Origin: Adineta vaga
Taxonomy: Eukaryota; Animalia; Rotifera
Direction: 5' to 3'
Assembly: GCA_021613535.1 (NCBI GenBank)
Contig: CP075496.1
Span: 10,726,001-10,790,000 of the forward strand
Length of the DNA: 64,000 bases
Shown: piece by piece, positions 52,667 to 64,000 of the stretch
Position numbering within the stretch: the stretch's first letter is position 1
How the letters are laid out: the number at the start of each line of letters is the position of its first letter
Translations under genes and position numbers: made by a program
Notes under the pieces: model-generated
What the model saw: the letters and a program-made list of their open reading frames with translations, nothing else
Databases searched by the model: none
What the model was told of the DNA's origin: nothing

Positions 52667-55215
52667 CTGTATTTCTATCTAGAAGAGGAATAAAAAAGAC
52701 GTCAAATAACCTTGAATAGAAGAAATAAACAACAATAGTGACAGTTGGCACCCAGACAAATGACCGACCTTTCGACCGTTTGTTCATATTCGAAGTGTTT
52801 ATTTTAAATCTTCAATATATGAAACAACGTTCGATTCGTTTACTTGCATCACTTTCTCTTCAAAATTCATCTACATATATGCATATATAGTTTTAACATG
52901 TCTCGTTTTGAAGACAGACATCGTTAGAAGAAAGAGAAGAAAAAAAGAAAAGAACGTATGAGCTGTGTTTATCGTTGTTGGTTCATTCAATCGTCTATGG
53001 CTCAATTCATTTTCAACGAGACTAGTGCCAAGCAAATACAGCGAGGTGGTAGTGGCACTGGTACACACGTGTATGTACATATAGACGATATATAGCCCAT
53101 TATATATGTATGTCTATCCTATGTACAGACGAGACGACGAAGCAAATAAAATCGTGCAGAGAATGAAGCACTTCGACCATAAGATGAATTAAGCCAATAA
53201 GATCAATCCGATTCAGTTGGTGATAACAGATCTTTTCTTTTTATCAATGTCCGATCAATTGTTTTGTCCAAAGCAATGAAGAAGAAGAAAAAAGAAACAG
53301 AAAGTGTCGAAAGATAATGCGATGTTCTACTAGCGAGAGAAGAAAAATAGAAACCATTCAGGTAGAAGATAAATATAACACGAAATCAAGACAATATATT
53401 GGAATATTTCTCTTTGTAATTTATGAAGTTTTCTTTTCGATCAAAGACAAAAGAATGTTTTTAAAGGTTTCCATTAACAACTGATTTTATTCATAAAAAG
53501 TAAAACAAATGTTTTTTTTACGATCTGACTAAATAATCGGAATAAAAAATGATTAATTTTCCATGTTCTATTTATATTTCCACGACAACTATAATTACTA
53601 TATAAACAGAAATTGAAACTTGTCAAGAAGAAATACAAAACTATTCTCGAATAATATGACATGACATAACAATTGAACAAACTCGTTATTTTCTTTTTTT
53701 TTCGACATAAATTAGTAAAAGTATCAAATTTATCAATTGAGATGAAATTTTGAAATTTCTTAATCGTCGATAGTCTCGTTACTTAATCAATACAAATATT
53801 ACTTCTTAGATTTATAATCGAAATTCAATGACATATGTTATCTGTGAAAATATCATATTTATCTTTTAATCGCGACATAAATTTTCTGATTAGGCAAGCT
53901 ATTTGTTTTTCCTTACTTGTTCACCTTGATATTCAACAATGAAAAGAGCAAATAATATTGATATAACAGACGATAAACATATTTTTCTAATAATGTTATG
54001 TAGAAATTCTATTCAACTACTTACTAGAAAATATTCTCGAAGTCTAAGATATGTTGACAGATGTAAATACTTTCTTTTCAACGAATATAATGTTACGGTT
54101 AACAGATAACAAAATAACAAGAACTACTTATTGTCTACAATAACATACAACTTATTCTATAAAATACAGTTTGTTAGTATCGCATGATTATGAATAAGTT
54201 CGCAAATATTCCAATAGTTATATAGACACAAATCATGAATACATACCGGTATTTCCAAACTACTACAATAACATAATGCTGTATTCTCATGTTTTATTTT
54301 ATGATGAATAGTATATGAAATTCCCAAGCGTATTGACCAGAGTCAGGGTTTACTATGAGTTAGTTTTTGAAGTAATTGATTTAGTAATAAAATGATCTTC
54401 TCTTCTATAGAAAAGAAAGAAATCGATTAACATTAGTTCATGCAGAACATTGATTATAAATTATGTTTCAAACAACACAATAAATTTCTTCAAGGTTTAA
54501 ATGACACTAAGGAAAATTATGTAATAAACTTACAACAATGATTAGTTTTCTATAACATCAACAGCTTATCCCCAATGTAAACATCATTGTTTAAGAACAA
54601 GCACATATATATATATATAATATTGAGCATTTCATCACATTGCTAACTCGATTATTTCAAAACACATACACATCATTGCTTAGAAAATCTCTCCTAATCA
54701 AATCTATTCAAGTTAAAAGAACATTCTGTTTCTATTTTTTTCTCTATCTAACTAACTAACAACAACAGGATACGAATGTAATAATATTTATCAGTAAATA
54801 AATTTCTACATGCAATTCACATTCACTCAATCATGCTTAATTCAATCAACGAAAAGCACAATCATGACGAGACACATCGACAAAATAATACATACAGTAG
54901 ACTTGATTAGTGGTAGAAATTAATAATCTGATGTAAAGAAGGGAGAAATTTCCATCACCGGGTATTAGTTAATTAGTAAGAAGTGATCTATAACAAGCAG
55001 AGAAGGCGAGTTGAAAGAAAAAAAAAACAGAATATGAAGAAATAAGCAATGAATGAAAAAGTTTTGCTATTGTTCAACTGTCATACGTTATCGATATTTA
55101 TTTTATTGTTTATTCTTTTCATCTTTATCGACATGTTGTTGTTTTTTTTCTCTGTATGACAAATTAAAATAAAAACAACAAAGACAAAAAAATATCTTCT
55201 TTTTATTTTATTTTC

Positions 55216-55957
55216 TTAAAGTTGATAACCATATTTTTGAAGTACGGCAAGATGTTTAGCAACTTGTGGTTTTGATGCTAATTTTTCTTTGGCATTAGTT
55301 TTCAATTTCTTTAATTCACGTTGTCGTAAATAATAATGTTTCGCCTTGATTTTTCTCTTCTTTTCTAATGTGGCAACAACTGTTTGATATTGCCAACCAA
55401 CTTCAGTTGATAAACGACCAAGTTCAGTAAAACGACGACGTGGTTTCAAACGTAATGTACGTAGAGCACTTGGCACAATCATACGTTTCTTTTTATCATA
55501 TGGTGTTGGAATACCTTCAAATGCACGGAGACGAACTAATGCTTGTTTACCACGTTCAGTTTTGTGTGGAACCATACCACGAACGATACGTGTAAAGATT
55601 TTTGATGGTGCACGAAAATGAAATGGACCACGTGCTGGATTGATGTTACAACGTTTACGAAGAAATTCCAGATATTTAAGTTTATTACGATAGAATGATC
55701 CACTGATATTTAGACCTTCACATCGTACAATGACAACATTGTGACCTTGAAGAATGGTTTTAGCTACTGTAGCTGCTAAACGACCAATTAAATGACCACG
55801 ACCATCGATGAGGATTGATTGTGCGCGGAAACCGATTGGTTGCATCTAAAACAAAACAACATTGAAGAATGAACATGAAATCATGAGTTTGCCTTCTTTC
55901 TTTTCAAGAAATAAAGCAACTTACAGCTTTTTTTCGTGCAAGGACCGTTTTTGGCAT
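55216..55957 (-). CDS. RPL13A: 60S ribosomal protein L13a (uL13), two coding exons
   Basis: Motifs [60 protein letters not shown] and [11 protein letters not shown]. Exon 1 ([11 protein letters not shown], 55957-55925) splices in phase 0 to 55845. Confidence 0.97.
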
Positions 55958-57098
55958 CTTTGATTTAATTCGGTTGATTGAAAACGATTTCTAAAATACA
56001 GTTCAATTAAATATTTCAATGAAAAACAAATCTATATTTAAATCATTCTCAATTCCTTTCAACATGAATCTCTCATCCTAATCTGACCATGAAATGACAT
56101 ATGAAGAGAGAAATACTTTAAACTTCTTTTATCATCTACTTTTTTCATCGTCTATTTAAAAAAAAGTAAACAAAAATAAGAAAACAACATCCATTCTTCT
56201 TCTGATCTTATTGGTTAGTTTTTCACCATACATATAAAATCTACATTGACTAAATTGTTTTTTTAACAGTAGAATAAAAACTTGAAAATTTATTTCAAAT
56301 CTTTGAATAATAATTTCTTAAATGAAATGATATTTGAAAAAAAAGTATCTATTATTATTAGAAAAACTTTTCTTTCTCTTCGAGATTTCATTGAGTGAAT
56401 TCGAGTGACCTCTATTTCAACCAATAGAATAATATTTCTCTTTTTGTCTTGTCTCTCTCTTTCCGATAGAAGACAAATCAGTTGTTAAATTTCCATTTCT
56501 ATGTTATTACGACTGATTTTTTTTGCTTGAACAAATGCTTGTGAGCTTGAAAAAATGTCGATTTTCATTTTTTAACTATATTTTCTAAGCAAAACAAATT
56601 GATCCATATCAGTCAGATGATAAAAACGGCAACATTAGCCTTGATTGACAATATAAAACCTCTATATTCTTATTTTTTTCTCGATTTTATATAATTCTAG
56701 GTACGAATAGTAATTAAATTAAGTTATGGTCTATTCATCTATGTCGATCGAATCTTTACTGACAGTCAAATGGATACTTATTTTTAGTTTTATTATTTCC
56801 AAGTAGGTCATTTATTCGATTGAAATTTATTCTACGGTAAGCAATACTCCTGATTTTGCCTTCATTTATTATAAAATTTTCTCTTTTCTTTATAGAACTA
56901 CGATTGTAATCGATAATAAACATAAAAAATTGGAAATTTTCATCGAAAATATTCTCTAAATTATTTCTAAAAAAAACATATTTGAAAACAGAAACCGACT
57001 TGTCTTTTTACTTGTTCGATTCGAACTTGAATTGCGAATTGTTTATTTTCTAGATAATTTATCCATCTCCAACGTGTCTCATTATGAAAAAATGAACG

Positions 57099-59686
57099 AT
57101 GAGTAATACAAATGGTTTTCACCCACCATCATCATCGATGGTATACAATGGACCAAATGGTTTGTTCAATATTTTTTTAATATTTTGAATAATAAATATT
57201 TTCTTTCATTGTAGAAACATCAAAACGGTTGCCAAGTACAAGTAGTACAAGTAGTACCAGTAGTAATAGTACAACTACAACAAATAAGCGTTTAAAAGCA
57301 AAACTTCTTGTGTCAACAGTAACTGAGACACGAACAATGAAAAGACATAAAAACAAGAAATCAAAAGGACCGATTGAAACAACTAAAAAACGTCTTAATC
57401 ATAATGATTCGAATAATAATTCAACGAAAAAAGTTACACAATCAACACACTCTCAACATCTTCTAACACATTCAATTATTCATAATCATCAAAAAAAATC
57501 TTCATCCCAAACAGAAAATCTTTCTTCGACAACAAATAAAACTGATCAACGGCAACATCCTCTTCATCATCATCATCATCATCACCATCATCATCATCAT
57601 AATGTTATTAATAATGATCATTGTGATTCTTGTGGAGAACTATACGGTGAAATGATATCCTGTGATACTTGTCCAGCAACATTTCATCTTCTTTGTGCGA
57701 ATCCTCCATTGTCAAGAGAAGATGTACCAAAAGGTTCATATTTCTGTGAAAATTGTCGAACAAAACCCGCTGAAGATGAATTAACAACCAAAGATAAACA
57801 AATGAAAACATTTGTTCAAACATCCAAACCATTTTCATTGGATCCAAAGACGAAATCACATGTCAATGGTTTCAAAAAAAATCCGCAACGAAATTTAACC
57901 CTAGAACAAATTAAAATACCATCAGGTAATTATTCTTCAAAATTTCAACATCGAAACTTGAATGATTCTTCTTTTAGCATCCAATGGTCGATCATTGGTT
58001 CAACCATCTGGTGAAATTAAATTTCGTGCAACAAATAGTACTATAAAACCTAAATTACCATCATCGAATCTCAAACGAAAACGAAATGATTCATCATTAT
58101 CTCCTCCGTCTACAACAAACATAAATAATATTCATTCTGTAAAAATTCCTACAACACAAATCGAAGCATTACGTCGTCTATTACTCTCATGTCGACCAGA
58201 AGAATTTCGTGGACCAGCATTACCATTTGATGAACCAACGTATAATCGTGATAATTATTTTCAAACAAATACATTATCATGGCAAAGATATTGTTTTATA
58301 TGTCGAAAATCTTCAACAAATCATATTCCATCAATTCATTGTGATTATTGTCCTTTAACATATCATTTAGATTGTTTAAATCCACCAATGACATCATTAC
58401 CATCATCAGCAGATAAATGGATGTGTCCAAATCATATCGAACCAATTCTAGATCGATATTTATTACGAAGAAAGAATTTTTCAACAAGTGAACGTGTTAA
58501 AATCTATCAACAATATTCACAAATTGAACATAAAACAATTATACAAGATTTTACATTGATGAGACAGAGAAAATCTCATTTATTATCGAAAACAATCGAT
58601 AATCATCGATTAGAACGTATTGACATTAGTCAAATACCAAAAGTGATTGAAGAATTTTATTTCAATGCAAATATGAACTCAAAACAGATCTGTTTGGATG
58701 AAATTCACGAAGACATCGAAGAAGATGAAAAAGAAAAATGTGTACAGGTAAAGCTTTATGCATGTTTTTAAATAAGGAATCTTTCATTAATTCTACTGTA
58801 GATTTCCATTCCCACTAATGAATCTTCATCGATATATGATCCATGTGTTTGGGATGTTTTACAAGCGATATTAAATCAAACTATTGATGGTCAGAAATAT
58901 GAATTCTCATCAATAGTTGATTCATCGTTATCGATTGAGAATGATCAACTAAAAAGAAGATTCGAAACGAAACAATCGAATATTCTAGATACCATCGATA
59001 GTCTATTAAATGCATTGAATGAATCAAATTATTCAAATGAACAAATAAAAACAACTAATGATGGATTTGCAGCTCTAATTGCTGCAGCTGATTCATGTTC
59101 TAAAGAAGAAAATTCTTCCATAACAATTAAACAAATTCCGTGTGTATTTTCAGCATCAAACTTTACATTATTCATTTTGTTGTTTTTATTTTCTAGAAAT
59201 TCTCTTTCACTTCTAATTGATCTTTCACAATTTCGTTTATCTCATGCAGCTCTAATTCATACACGTACTAAACATGTGATTTATATTCGTAAACAAGTTA
59301 TCTGGTTTGGAGCATCGAAATCGAATGATATTTGTTTGAAAAATTTCAATAATCAACAAACATGTCAATATGTTACAGAAAAACATGCATGTTTATATTA
59401 TGATCGTCGACGTAATATATTTGAATTATTAAATTATAGTGAATATGGAACAATTGTAAATGGTCTTCGATATGGTTTAGGAAATTTATCTGATGATGAA
59501 AGTGATTATGATGACGATGTTGAAAATGATGAGACGAAAAATGAGAATGAAAATTTACAAAAATGTTTTTGTTTAACAACACCAATGTATCATTCAGCAT
59601 GGGATGGACCTGCCCAACTAGAACAAGGAACAGTAGTTCAAATTGGTTGTCATGAATTTCTCTTTTACCGGCATGTTGTCCGATAG
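57099..59686 (+). CDS. PHF12: PHD finger protein 12 (Pf1; Sin3/HDAC complex): two PHD fingers plus a C-terminal FHA-like domain, 5 coding exons
   Basis: PHD1 NNDHCDSCGE..ISCDTCPATFHLLCANPPL..FCENC; PHD2 CFICRKS..IHCDYCPLTYHLDCLNPPMT...KWMCPNHIE; C-terminal CQYVTEKHACLYYD..FELLNYSEYGTIVNG..WDGPAQLEQGTVVQIGCHEFLF. A His12 tract lies at 57565-57600. Confidence 0.9.
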
Positions 59687-62156
59687 TACAAACAATAAAA
59701 ATCAAACAGAATTACATTCTTTTTTCTGTTTGTTTGTTTTCTCTATGTCGTTACTTTTTTGTACATAGTTTACTTGTGAGTTGGCATGTCATTGATAAAG
59801 AACGAAATCATCTCGATGATGAAGTTAAGAATTAACAGCATAGGTGCGCGCTAAGATTCTTTCTCTCTTCTTATTTTTTTTTCGGTTTTCCTCTGTTTTG
59901 TTTCTCTAACGCATTTCATTATATATATATATATATACATAAATATATAGCTTAGTGCCCGTGATCGACATTTGTTCTCATTGTCTATTTTTTTGTGTGT
60001 ATGTTCTACTTTGTTTTTTCTTTCTCTTTATTATGTGTAAAAGTAAAGAACTATGCGCGACTCATCCTACAAATATAATAAGCTTTTCTCTTTTCAATAC
60101 GAGAAAATCAATCATTTCATTATGGTAACAAATAATTCTGTGCAATGTTTCGTACTGATGTCAAAATAGGAAAACATGACAATCTAAAAACTTGTATAGG
60201 CTAATAAATTAAATTACTATAAAAAAGAATATGCAATATGCAATAGAATGAATCTAGATGTTTGAGTGAAGATGTACAACTAAAATAAAAAAGATACATG
60301 GACACTGTTGATTTATTTGATCTATACAATTTGTTAAGGTCGAATCACTGAAAAGAAAATGTCTACTATCGTCATTTACAGTATTCATTAACTCGATACG
60401 CCTTTGGCATAAGTCGTCCTCATCATGTTCAATGATAGGACTGACATAGAAAAAGAAGCGTATCAGATACAATTGAACGACGATAAGATATAACCTTCGA
60501 CTTCTCGTGTAGGATGATCATGTTCAAGGTAGTCATTGGTGAGATTAGTCAAGGTTATCTTTCAAACATCGATGTCGCATTAGTCGACTTCAGTCTTTTA
60601 TGATTGTTCAATGATCCTTAATACGACTAGAGACATTCTACTGATGTTGTTTTTGTCTGATCAATCTTGAATAATCTACGAACACTATTGATTTGCGATC
60701 GATGTGGCACCGTTCATTTATTTATTATCATAATGCACAATTGTTCAATAAAGAGAATAATAGGAGACCAATGTTAAATTTCTTTTTTTTCTTCCTTCTA
60801 TAAAATGACCATACGGCACCTTTTCCTCTTCTCGCCTCAGCATGATATTTTTTTCCATAAAGTGACAAGATACGTAATAAGAGTCGATCCACGTGTTGTT
60901 ATTATTGAAAAGGCGTAGCCAAGTAGGTTAATATACATTCTATTGTTACAATAAATATATGATTTTTGTTTCCAATGTAACGAAAGTTGATAGTCATTGA
61001 TTAAAATTTTTAACAAGCGTGAAGTGAAATCTCTTGCAGTTCCAGTATAAAAAAGTCGTACCTGCTGTGAACTTACCTAAATGATCTGTCTACACGAGCA
61101 TGAATATTGAGGTGTCTCTATTTCCGCACATCATTCTCTCTTTCTCTCCCTCTCTTAAACAATAGACAAAAAAGTTAGTAGTTTTTGTTACTATATAACT
61201 TTTCCTTATATTGTATGTCTGATTGAATGCAGGTGTAGCATGCTATGATTACTGTTTCCTATATCCGAATGTTCATTCATTGTACAATGATGAGTAGGAG
61301 GGCAGAAGGTATCGCGTGTGGAAAGAAAGGAGGAAAAAATGGCTAGACAGACTACTCAAGTGTGAGAACAATGGTGATCACGCTTGTTTCTGCAAGAGAA
61401 TATGTTGTTCACAATCTAATTGTTTCTATCCGTATATAAACTGCGGAAATGAAGACGAAGAAGAAATCATCTGAAAGAAAGATTTCGATTATTGATTTTC
61501 TATCTTAATATATTTCATTAAATTGTTTGTATTGTCAAAGCTGACAATATTCATTCAAGTAGTCGCAGTTTTAAGACGTTCGTTCTTTTTTTGATGATAG
61601 ATATGGATTCGTTTTATCATCATTCTTTGTTCTCTTCTAGAGATGTCAAGTGGCTCTTTGTCAACCGAAAAAATTCTTTTTTTCTTTGTGACATCTGATT
61701 AATACACTTCTTTTCATCGTTTTCTTTTAATCTCATTTCACCTCTCTTGAATTTACACGATTAATTACACAATAACAAATCAATAATGACGAAAGTGTCG
61801 TTTTGATATTGTTAAACAAATAAAAAAAATCTTTATAGCAATAAGCAGTCTTTTACACAAAGAAATCGAGAAAGTTGATTTCATTTCTCTAGATGATGTA
61901 ACGGTTATGCACGTAATTGTTTTGAAAAAAAAAGGGAAACTTATCAGATTCTAATTAAAACAATCTTTCTTTTCTCTCTGTTCTCCAATCAAGCGAACTT
62001 TCCAATTTTTTTCTTTCTTTCCTGTCAACTGATTTTCTCTTCATCGTTCTCCTCTCTCTTTCTGTTTCTCTTTCTCTTATACTTTCCTTCTCATTCTATC
62101 ACACTCATTCATTTTCCATTTTCGTTTCAATCAATACATCGTCATATTCTAAGACA

Positions 62157-62637
62157 ATGACAACAAAAACAGCAACTACCTTATCACCTATAAAACGATG
62201 TCATGGATCACCTAATCTTAAAAAACGGCGTCTATCATCAATCTCAATACATCGTAAGCAACAAATGAATTTATCATTATCAATTCCAACAATGCTATCA
62301 GTACCTAAAACGATCACAGTTACTTACGAAAAACAAATCCTATCATCAACTCAATTGCCTGATCTTATTCATGATATATTCATTGAACAACAACGTCGAG
62401 AAACGATTGTTAATATTGCAACAATATTACGAAAAGTTGGTGATCAAATGGATGAACGATTGCAAGTAATAATCCTTGAAAATTCTATAAGAAAGAGCTT
62501 TTTTTTTATTATAAATATTTATCTTTTAGATAAACAGCAGTTCATCATCATCGTCATCGTTAATAGATCACGTATTCGGTCAACGATCCATCACATTAAC
62601 TCATTGTTTATCTTGTATTCTTCATCTTTTCTTGTAA
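62157..62637 (+). CDS. Candidate BH3-only (Bcl-2 family) protein, 138 aa, two exons (62157-62465, 62530-62637)
   Basis: ETIVNIATILRKVGDQMDERLQ fits the BH3 consensus. A phase-0 intron of 64 nt (CAA|gtaata...ttttag|ATA) gives a Ser-rich linker and a hydrophobic C-terminus (ITLTHCLSCILHLFL*). Confidence 0.65.
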
Positions 62638-64000
62638 TATTTATACATAATTTGTTTTATTCTGTTCACCGGTTCATGGTGCTATACTATGTAGCCCTTC
62701 CATGTACATAAAACATTTTCTTATTGTTCAACTACTATTTATTTTTTACAATACAATATTTAAATGCATTAATAATCTATTTCTCATTCATTTGAGTGTT
62801 TTTTATTTGTTCAATGAAGAACAACATTTTGTTTTCATTGATTAAGTCAAGATCTGATTAAATAAAGGAAATATGATTTATCACCTTGAAAAATTTTAAT
62901 TCGATCAACGATTGTAATGTGATTGACTTATCACTTTTTTTTTCCTTCACGATTGACACGCGAACATATTTATTTTTAGTCGAATGTGTCAAGTATCCAC
63001 TGATTAGGTCATCGGAAATGGTCAAGTAGTGATCATCAACACCTTTTCATTTGTCTTTCTCGTATTCTTTAAAGTACTTATTTGTCTACTAAAGTTAGAC
63101 AATCATTCATGAAAATGTTTTTTTTGTATTTTGAAAAGTGAGACTCTTCAATTGTTGTCGATGGATGAGACGCTCTTCTACCATCAAAATCATTCCCGCC
63201 ATTCTGTTTGATCAACAATCGATAAGTGTCTTGTATTCAATGTCAGATCAATTTCATTGCAGTCGATTGTTCATACACTTCATTTATTTTCTATGGTAGC
63301 GGTAATGGTTGCTTTCCTTCTTATTTTCATGGCATTTTTTAAGTCTTTGTTGATATTCTAGTATTGTTTTGATCTTTTCTTTTTCATCTTTGTCAATGAA
63401 GGGAAATTAAAAGTGGCACGTGCGTTTCAGATTTCAATCCATTTGTAGATATGTACGACAAAACTAATGTCTAGTCAATGGATAATGACATATTTCGATT
63501 TGTATACATGAAATTACCAATTATATCATTGTTGTCGTCTGTTGTTATTGGATATTATCCTGTATTTGATAAGTAATTCATTCTTAAAAAAATTGATCTT
63601 TTTCCTTCTATAAGACTCATATATATATATATATATATATGTATAATTAATAAAGTGTTATTCGATTTGTGATAGATGCCTTGCGGCATTCAACGATGCA
63701 GGTGATGTATTTGTCTTTTCGTTAAGTCATTAGAAAAACAAGCTTGTATGATAATGAAGGGATTGATATATGTTATCGCGTGTTTGACGAACAATACTTG
63801 TATATGTATCACGTTGATCGACTGATTACCTCATAGATATGAGTGGTCAATTAAAAATTAGCTTTCGTTGACAGTATGAGGTGTTAACTATCCTGCTGTG
63901 ATGGACAGTGAAATGGAGAATTCTTCTCTCTGCATGTGATAGTTATGCACCTGTATGCTCATGGTAAACTGAACTATTATTCATTTCTTTTTACTTGTTG

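Noticed and set aside
55846-56400. Possible intronic snoRNAs in RPL13A (a snoRNA host in vertebrates)
   Set aside because: I found no convincing C-box RTGATGA / D-box CTGA pair or H/ACA structure by eye. An Rfam/Infernal scan would be needed.
6415-59686. MIER1 and PHF12, both HDAC-complex subunits, in one window as a functional cluster
   Set aside because: They are ~49 kb apart with unrelated genes between them, so there is no evidence beyond coincidence.
59700-62150. p53 or FOXO response elements upstream of the BH3-like gene
   Set aside because: Only isolated imperfect CATG/CTTG half-sites are present (e.g. ~60517, ~61237, ~61380), which is expected by chance.
62466-62711. Long hydrophobic C-terminal half of the 184-aa ORF
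   Set aside because: It reads through a typical 64-nt GT-AG intron and AT-rich UTR. The spliced 138-aa form is more plausible.
1-64000. Prokaryotic systems (CRISPR, defence islands), rRNA/tRNA, SL-RNA gene, autonomous transposons, horizontally transferred genes
   Set aside because: I saw no repeat-spacer array, structured RNA gene, transposase/RT motif or bacterial-type ORF. The recognised genes belong to ordinary eukaryotic or animal families and contain spliceosomal introns.

Overview
AT-rich eukaryotic (animal) genomic DNA with dense genes and very short (about 50-80 nt) GT-AG introns. The composition, intron size and frequent CGT/CGA arginine codons resemble a bdelloid rotifer; that is an inference, not proven. 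I rebuilt spliced gene models by hand from the ORF track plus splice signals. In order: a class C-type 7TM receptor without a Venus-flytrap domain (-); a decayed duplicate of the MIER1 3' end; MIER1-like ELM2-SANT (-); two tandem PAP2/phospholipid phosphatases (-); a KNL1/Spc7-like kinetochore protein (+); a small inverted-repeat element; TRMT9B-like methyltransferase (-); an invertebrate claudin (-); UAP1 (+); a CAP/CRISP secreted protein (-); a ~25 kb spectraplakin (shot/MACF1/dystonin family, -); RPL13A (-); PHF12 (+); and a small two-exon gene (+) with a near-textbook BH3 motif. The best leads are (1) the candidate BH3-only pro-apoptotic gene at 62157-62637, (2) the PLPP pair, where the second gene starts at a splice acceptor about 75 nt after the first gene's stop (operon-like SL trans-splicing or shared 5' exons), (3) a short KNL1-like protein with no visible MELT/RVSF signalling region, and (4) a spectraplakin that appears to lack EF-hands and the SH3 domain. 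I recognised no rRNA, tRNA, CRISPR, autonomous transposon or clearly horizontally acquired gene. All family assignments come from recalled motifs; no database search was run.
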